A DNA stretch of 4,714 nucleotides from a virus. Taxonomy: Duplodnaviria > Heunggongvirae > Uroviricota > Caudoviricetes. This document shows positions 1-4,714 of the stretch, piece after piece. The stretch covers positions 1-4,714 of IMG/VR virus record IMGVR_UViG_648276652_000010. The stretch is one strand, 5' to 3'. The notes beneath the pieces are model-generated. The model made no database searches. It saw only the letters and a program-made list of their open reading frames with translations, and was not told the origin of the DNA. Each line of letters starts with the position of its first letter. Within the stretch, counting starts at the first letter, position 1. The translations under genes were made by a program, and so were the position numbers.

Positions 1-232
<232 letters not shown>

Positions 233-263
233 CTGTTATTTATGCCAAAAATAAAGGCCACTA

Positions 264-464
264 TCAGGCAGCTTTGTTGTTCTGTTTACCAAGTTCTCTG
301 GCAATCATTGCCGTCGTTCGTATTGCCCATTTATCGACATATTTCCCATCTTCCATTACAGGAAACATTTCTTCAGGCTTAACCATGCATTCCGATTGCA
401 GCTTGCATCCATTGCATCGCTTGAATTGTCCACACCATTGATTTTTATCAATAGTCGTAGTCAT
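264..464 (-). CDS. ral: Ral restriction-alleviation protein (66 aa)
   Basis: ATG at 464 (minus). Product MTTTIDKNQWCGQFKRCNGCKLQSEC... matches my recollection of lambda Ral in sequence and length. It sits in the expected place downstream of N in the PL operon. Confidence 0.75.
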   Translation of the reverse strand: MTTTIDKNQWCGQFKRCNGCKLQSECMVKPEEMFPVMEDGKYVDKWAIRTTAMIARELGKQNNKAA

Positions 465-534
465 ACGGATAGTCCTGGTATTGTTCCATCACATCCTGCG
501 GATGCTCTTCGAACTCTTCAAATTCTTCTTCCAT
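448..534 (-). CDS. orf28-like acidic 28-aa peptide (MEEEFEEFEEHPQDVMEQYQDYPYDYDY)
   Basis: Not in the ORF track (too short). ATG at 534 is preceded by GAGGTG (revcomp of 539..544) at 4-nt spacing. Its stop TGA (448..450) overlaps the ral start by 17 bp, the same arrangement I recall for lambda orf28/ral. Confidence 0.5.
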   Translation of the reverse strand: MEEEFEEFEEHPQDVMEQYQDYPYDYDY

Positions 535-542
535 ACATCACC

Positions 543-707
543 TCAAATAAGTGGTTTGCTGCGAAAATAAATACGCTCCCACCAAGTTCCGTATCTATCT
601 ATCCAGTTACACCAATCATCGACACTCCATTTTGTTGTGTCGCATTTTGGCAATTGACATGAATATCTACCTTCTTTGTAAAGTCGGCGTTTGACTTTCT
701 TGAGCAT
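543..707 (-). CDS. Hypothetical small protein (54 aa; MLKKVKRRLYKEGRYSCQLPKCDTTKWSVDDWCNWIDRYGTWWERIYFRSKPLI)
   Basis: ATG at 705..707 (minus) is preceded by GAGGT at 5-nt spacing. The longer 74-aa track ORF begins with GTG at 767 and has no RBS. The stop overlaps the orf28 RBS. Trp/Cys-rich with no recognisable family. It occupies the interval where lambda has sieB. Confidence 0.35.
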   Translation of the reverse strand: MLKKVKRRLYKEGRYSCQLPKCDTTKWSVDDWCNWIDRYGTWWERIYFRSKPLI

Positions 708-770
708 GACTACCTCAATCGTAATAAGCTGGAATTGATTTTCCGCGTTGTTTCTGGCGACCAACACAAG

Positions 771-1154
771 TCACCTTGCTGTCAGTTGTTTTGATTTCCT
801 GTAGCCTGCCGCGTAAAGAGCTACATTTGGAAGACATACACCAGTTTCTGGTTGCCTATGCCCAAACTCATTCGCGTACACAATGGCCGCTCTCTCCAGA
901 TTGCGTCTGTATTCTTTCTGTTGCCAGATCACGTCCTGTGCCATGAACTTAATTGGCTTAGCGTCTTCTATGCGCTCAGGCGTTTCGTGAGTACCTTTAG
1001 CCTGAATCTGCGCTCTGCTTAGAGTAGGGCGGTGTAATACTTCTGAACTTATTGCTTCTTCGCGGGCCAGTACGCCGTTAGCTAATGCCTTTGCCTTTAA
1101 ACGCTCACGACGACGAGAACGTGAATTGCCTTTGAACTGAGTTCTGCGTGTCAT
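771..1154 (-). CDS. N: N-type transcription antiterminator, P22 gp24-like (127 aa)
   Basis: ATG at 1154 with AGGAGG 6 nt upstream. N-terminal arginine-rich motif NSRSRRRERLKAKALANG. The C-terminus ...LPNVALYAAGYRKSKQLTAR resembles the recalled P22 N terminus (...VALYAAGHRKSKQITAR). Lies directly downstream of PL and nutL. Confidence 0.7.
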   Translation of the reverse strand: MTRRTQFKGNSRSRRRERLKAKALANGVLAREEAISSEVLHRPTLSRAQIQAKGTHETPERIEDAKPIKFMAQDVIWQQKEYRRNLERAAIVYANEFGHRQPETGVCLPNVALYAAGYRKSKQLTAR

Positions 1155-1319
1155 ATAGACCTCCTGATGAACTTTGGTGGTGTGGTAGGTGGGAGACCCA
1201 TTTCGACCTGTTTCGGCCTACTTCAATTCGGCAATAGTCCCGCAGGCCTCGCCGCTTTACGTGCGACATATTCCCGTCCATGAACCCTTCACCACACCCC
1301 AAAGTTCACTTTGGTTATT

Positions 1320-1334
1320 GCGCTTTGTCAGCGC
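1320..1334 (-). promoter_or_regulatory. nutL boxB hairpin (GCGCUGACAAAGCGC, GACAA pentaloop, P22 type)
   Basis: Minus-strand sequence GCGCTGACAAAGCGC forms a 5-bp stem with loop GACAA, in the PL leader about 165 nt upstream of the N start. No canonical boxA (CGCTCTTTA) is visible upstream. Confidence 0.5.
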
Positions 1335-1402
1335 CGTAGATTCATATTCGAATCGTTGTATATTCACCGCCCTGGTGAGTAGTGCGTCCTGCTGATGTGT
1401 TT

Positions 1403-1465
1403 AGTATCACCGCCAGTGGTATTTATGTCAACACCGCCAGAGATAATTTATCACCGCAGATGGTT
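1403..1465 (-). promoter_or_regulatory. PL promoter with operators OL1 (1405..1421), OL2 (1429..1445) and OL3 (1449..1465)
   Basis: The three 17-bp sites tatcaccgccagtggta, caacaccgccagagata and tatcaccgcagatggtt match lambda OL1/OL2/OL3 as I recall them. Minus-strand -35 TTGACA is at 1426..1431 and -10 GATACT at 1403..1408, with a 17-bp spacer. Confidence 0.85.
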
Positions 1466-1610
1466 ATCTGTATGTTTTTATATAGATTTATTTTTTGCAG
1501 GGGTGTGTGGCTTGGGAGGTGATCGAGAGATCTGAATTGCGATGTTTAGTGAGTTGTATCTATTAATTTTCAAATAAATACAATTGGTTATGTGTTTTGG
1601 GGCGAACGTG

Positions 1611-1650
1611 AGGCAAAGAAAACCCGGCGCGGTGGCCGGGTTTATTTATT
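1611..1650. terminator. Intrinsic terminator hairpin, potentially bidirectional; t_imm-like end of the cI operon
   Basis: Stem cccggc (1623..1628) pairs with gccggg (1635..1640) around a 6-nt loop. The minus strand follows it with TTTTCTTTG and the plus strand with TTTATTTATT. It sits immediately 3' of the stop of the last cassette gene and before OL. Confidence 0.5.
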
Positions 1651-2296
1651 GCTTAGGAGCTTGTTGTGATGACGATTGGTTAGTTGGAGCGCTCGTTAAT
1701 GGTTGCTGTGTCGGTACCTGTATTATAATTGGAGCCGGGCTGGTTACTGATGGTGACTTGTCATTGCCGGAGATAATCCAACTTGAGGCTAACATCACGC
1801 CAGACAGAATCACAGTAACTAAAGTCAAGCCAACGGCCATCGCCCACTGAGTCGTTGTAAGTCCCGTTTTCAAACCGCCGATTTCACCTTTAATTTCAGC
1901 AATACCTCTCTCAATAGAAGAAAATTGCTGAGTATAATAGGTTTTAAAGTCAGCTGATTCGCGACGCATTTCCGCAGCAATAGACTCTACCTCTGATTTG
2001 TTTTGTGAAAGCTTTGCGTCAAGTTCTTCTCTGGACATTCCGCTCACGCTTACCTCCAGGGTATCACTCTTCATCGCTACATCTTCCTTACTTGGGCGCA
2101 AACCCGTTTCGTCCATGGCGTATGAAACTCTATTTGATACCTTAGCATCAATACCAATACTTTGGTACTGAGATGGATCCCCATAAGGAGAAACGGTTGT
2201 CGCTGCTAGGGTTGCACTAACTATAATACTTGGAAGAACTGATGATGTTGTTCCTGAGGTAGGTTGAACTGAAGAAACTGGCTTCAGTCTTTCCAT
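1646..2296 (-). CDS. Hypothetical membrane-anchored protein (216 aa): Ser/Thr-rich N-terminal region, central predicted coiled coil, one C-terminal TM helix, Ser/Pro/Gln-rich tail
   Basis: ATG at 2296 overlaps the stop of the upstream gene (ATGGAAAGACTGA), suggesting translational coupling. An alternative internal start at 2072..2074 has a strong AAGGAAG RBS and would give 142 aa. Hydrophobic segment AMAVGLTLVTVILSGVMLASSWII. Stop TAA at 1646..1648 abuts the terminator hairpin. Confidence 0.6.
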   Translation of the reverse strand: MERLKPVSSVQPTSGTTSSVLPSIIVSATLAATTVSPYGDPSQYQSIGIDAKVSNRVSYAMDETGLRPSKEDVAMKSDTLEVSVSGMSREELDAKLSQNKSEVESIAAEMRRESADFKTYYTQQFSSIERGIAEIKGEIGGLKTGLTTTQWAMAVGLTLVTVILSGVMLASSWIISGNDKSPSVTSPAPIIIQVPTQQPLTSAPTNQSSSQQAPKQ

Positions 2297-2550
2297 AGCC
2301 CATTATCCCTGAGAGCTACCTGTAATGATTTTACTAATGCAACAGCTTGATCCGGGCTCATTGAGACTGACATGTTAGGGGTCAACTCAACTTTTACTTG
2401 GAAGCTATTCTTTCCTTGCTCATCAGACTGCATGTGATGCTCAAATTCATGGCGGTAAAAAGTAATGATTGTTTCAGCACGATCAGGCGTAATAAGAACT
2501 GATGTGGCGGTCATGTGCTGAGGTATGATTTTAATAGTGTTATCTGACAT
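2284..2550 (-). CDS. Hypothetical soluble protein (88 aa; MSDNTIKIIPQHMTATSVLITPDRAETIITFYRHEFEHHMQ...)
   Basis: ATG at 2548..2550 (minus) is preceded by AAAGGA at about 6-nt spacing. The track ORF extends to an ATG at 2691 (135 aa), but that start has no Shine-Dalgarno. No recognisable family. The 3' end overlaps the next gene. Confidence 0.5.
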   Translation of the reverse strand: MSDNTIKIIPQHMTATSVLITPDRAETIITFYRHEFEHHMQSDEQGKNSFQVKVELTPNMSVSMSPDQAVALVKSLQVALRDNGLWKD

Positions 2551-2742
2551 AAGTATCCTTTTTGTTTCCTTAGTATTTTTTTGCATTGACATCAGAAATA
2601 GCGAATCCACAAGAGTATGAGTAAAGCTAATCAGTTTAGTGATACGGTGACTATTAAAGTGGTAAACCACATCAAAGCTCGCAGAGTGCATACCAGGCTG
2701 TCACACATGACAAAGTAACGAGGATGCCTGATCTCATAGCGC

Positions 2743-2898
2743 TCAAAGAGACATGCCGATAATGGCATTAACCACGCATGACGCCATAAACACGCCGCCA
2801 ACGATGAAGCTGGCTTGGTTCTTCCTGGTAGCGCCAAGAGTCAACAGAACCACTGAAAGGGCAAAAAAAGGTATCGCGATTATGCTGAACGTGTTCAT
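2743..2898 (-). CDS. Small membrane protein (51 aa; MNTFSIIAIPFFALSVVLLTLGATRKNQASFIVGGVFMASCVVNAIIGMSL), two predicted TM helices
   Basis: Not in the ORF track. ATG at 2896..2898 (minus) with GAGG at 5-nt spacing. Two hydrophobic stretches are separated by a basic loop, RKNQ. First gene after cI on the same strand, 77 bp downstream of the cI stop. Confidence 0.45.
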   Translation of the reverse strand: MNTFSIIAIPFFALSVVLLTLGATRKNQASFIVGGVFMASCVVNAIIGMSL

Positions 2899-2975
2899 GT
2901 TGACCTCAACTTATTTCGATTCTCCATCACCCTTAATCCGCCGCCCCATGTGTTTGTTGTGATTCGTTGCTGGCC

Positions 2976-3692
<717 letters not shown>

Positions 3693-3695
3693 TTA

Positions 3696-3765
3696 AATCT
3701 ATCACCGCAAGGGATAAATATCTAACACCGTGCGTGTTGACTATTTTACCTCTAGCGGTGATAAT
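3696..3765. promoter_or_regulatory. OR3 (3700..3716), OR2 (3723..3739), OR1 (3747..3763) with divergent promoters PRM and PR
   Basis: tatcaccgcaagggata and taacaccgtgcgtgttg match lambda OR3 and OR2. OR1 reads tacctctAgcggtgata, against lambda tacctctGgcggtgata as I recall it. PR -35 ttgact is at 3737..3742 and -10 gataat at 3760..3765. PRM hexamers lie on the minus strand at 3719..3724 and 3696..3701. Confidence 0.9.
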
Positions 3766-3780
3766 GGTTGCATGTACTAA

Positions 3781-3990
<210 letters not shown>

Positions 3991-3997
3991 GTAACAC

Positions 3998-4043
3998 CGC
4001 TATTTTCACAATGGACATTCGTCCTACGTCGCTGACAAAGCGA
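3998..4043 (+). promoter_or_regulatory. nutR: boxA-like cgctattttcaca (3999..4011) and boxB hairpin ucgcuGACAAagcga (4029..4043)
   Basis: The boxB has a 5-bp stem and GACAA loop, the same loop as the nutL boxB. It lies between cro and cII on the PR transcript. The pentamer CTACG precedes both boxB copies. Confidence 0.45.
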
Positions 4044-4128
4044 GTCCCAATATATCTGACCAACTAAGGCCATATGCGTTTCCACGCATACCTTTCAACT
4101 AGCTATTCACTATTGGAAATCATAAGAA

Positions 4129-4425
4129 ATGGAACAAACAAGTTACAGCAAACTATCCCAGCGTGACGTTGATCGCGCAGAAACAGATTTACTCATCAAC
4201 CTGTCAACGCTTACCCAGCGCGGTCTGGCAAAGATGATTGGCTGTCATGAATCGAAGATAAGCAGAACGGACTGGAGATTTATTGCTTCAGTCTTGTGTG
4301 CTTTCGGAATGGCATCAGACATCAGTCCGATTAGTAGAGCTTTTAAGTATGCGCTTGATGGAATCACAAAGAAAAAATCCCCGGTGGCCGCCGGGGACTC
4401 TAAGCAAATTGATATGCAATTCTGA
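4129..4425 (+). CDS. cII: CII-like transcriptional activator (98 aa), divergent from lambda CII except at the C-terminus
   Basis: In the lambda cII position. The HTH-like segment GLAKMIGCHESKISRTDW and the C-terminal ...KKKSPVAAGDSKQIDMQF parallel lambda ...NKKRPAATERSEQIQMEF. The 32-nt spacing to the O start matches lambda. Confidence 0.7.
   Translation: MEQTSYSKLSQRDVDRAETDLLINLSTLTQRGLAKMIGCHESKISRTDWRFIASVLCAFGMASDISPISRAFKYALDGITKKKSPVAAGDSKQIDMQF
4372..4397 (-). terminator. t_oop-like intrinsic terminator embedded in the 3' end of cII
   Basis: Minus strand reads GTCCCCGGCGGCCACCGGGGATTTTTTC: a 7-bp GC stem (4378..4384 with 4391..4397), 6-nt loop and a run of six T. Same position relative to the cII stop as lambda t_oop. 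Confidence 0.6.
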
Positions 4426-4448
4426 GGGAATTACTGGATCAATCAACA
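4372..4448 (-). ncRNA. oop: oop-like antisense RNA (about 77 nt), 5' end inferred by analogy to lambda
   Basis: The 3' end is defined by the terminator above. The 5' end is placed by lambda spacing only. The expected pO -35 would fall inside the IS629-like insertion. Confidence 0.35.
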
Positions 4449-4461
4449 GGAGTCATTATGA
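4446..4461 (+). pseudogene. O: Replication initiator O: RBS and start codon only, interrupted by IS insertion
   Basis: caggagtcattATGA matches the lambda O translation start. From 4459 the sequence is the IS left end rather than O codons. Confidence 0.5.
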
Positions 4462-4714
4462 ACCGCCCCGGGAATCCTGGAGACTAAACTCCCTGAGAAA
4501 GAGGTAAACAGAATGACTAAAAATACTCGTTTTTCCCCCGAAGTCCGTCAGAGGGCGATTCGTATGGTTCTGGAAAGTCAGGGCGAATATGACTCACAGT
4601 GGGCGGCAATTTGTTCCATTGCCCCAAAGATTGGCTGTACACCGGAGACTCTGCGTGTCTGGGTACGCCAGCATGAGCGGGATACCGGAGGCGGTGATGG
4701 CGGGCTCACCACCG
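4459..4714 (+). mobile_element. IS3-family insertion sequence (IS629/IS3411-like), left inverted repeat and 5' part; continues beyond the window
   Basis: TGAACCGCCCCGGGAATCCTGGAGACTAAACT at 4459 matches the IS629 left end as I recall it, followed by orfA with an AGAGG RBS. Confidence 0.8.
4513..4714 (+). CDS. IS3-family transposase OrfA (HTH, InsE-like), 3' partial
   Basis: [67 protein letters not shown]... is the characteristic IS629-type OrfA N-terminus. The frame is open to the window end. Confidence 0.85.
   Translation, partial: MTKNTRFSPEVRQRAIRMVLESQGEYDSQWAAICSIAPKIGCTPETLRVWVRQHERDTGGGDGGLTT

Noticed and set aside
396-662. Plus-strand 88-aa ORF across ral/orf28
   Set aside because: Antisense to two RBS-supported minus-strand genes. 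No start signals.
543-767. 74-aa form of the small ORF downstream of N
   Set aside because: It begins with GTG at 765..767, directly after the N stop, with no RBS. The internal ATG at 707 with GAGGT is preferred.
1105-1395. ORFs 1105..1302 (-) and 1189..1395 (+) in the N leader
   Set aside because: They lie in the PL leader/nutL region or overlap the N start. The region is better explained as untranslated leader carrying boxB.
1584-1850. Plus-strand 88-aa ORF
   Set aside because: Runs through the terminator hairpin and antisense to the 216-aa cassette gene. Cys/Gly-rich composition is typical of antisense artefacts.
2637-2653. Operator-like sequence tagtgatacggtgacta resembling a lambda operator half-site (GTCACCG)
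   Set aside because: Only one near-consensus half-site, no dyad partner and a single copy. Probably chance similarity.
2551-2691. 5' extension of the middle cassette gene to the ATG at 2691 (135-aa form)
   Set aside because: No recognisable RBS upstream of 2691, whereas 2550 has AAAGGA at good spacing. Kept as an alternative, not excluded.
2753-2962. Plus-strand 69-aa ORF between cI and the cassette
   Set aside because: No Shine-Dalgarno, antisense to the PRM operon, and it overlaps a minus-strand 51-codon ORF that has a strong RBS and a coherent two-helix membrane profile.
4283-4507. Plus-strand 74-aa ORF overlapping cII out of frame and running into the IS
   Set aside because: Spans the cII 3' end, the t_oop hairpin, the O start and the IS inverted repeat. 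Not a coherent gene.

Overview
This window is the immunity region of a lambdoid prophage, probably from E. coli or Shigella, bracketed by two insertion sequences. Calls rest on manual translation and on recalled lambda/P22/IS sequences, with no database search. Left to right: the 3' end of an IS21-family istB (2..163); then on the minus strand ral, orf28, a small ORF and a P22-type N gene (771..1154) with a GACAA-loop boxB; lambda-type PL/OL1-3 (1403..1465); a hairpin terminator (1623..1650); three minus-strand genes in the slot where lambda carries rexB-rexA (1646..2898); cI (2976..3689); OR3-OR2-OR1 with PRM/PR; cro; nutR; a divergent cII with t_oop inside its 3' end; and an IS629-like IS3-family element inserted at the O start codon (4459 onward). 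The main candidate for a new system is the three-gene cassette downstream of cI: a 51-aa two-helix membrane peptide (absent from the ORF track), an 88-aa soluble protein and a 216-aa coiled-coil protein with a C-terminal membrane anchor. None of the three matches rexA/rexB or any family I can name from memory. Its position predicts a prophage-encoded exclusion or abortive-infection module, but that is inference.
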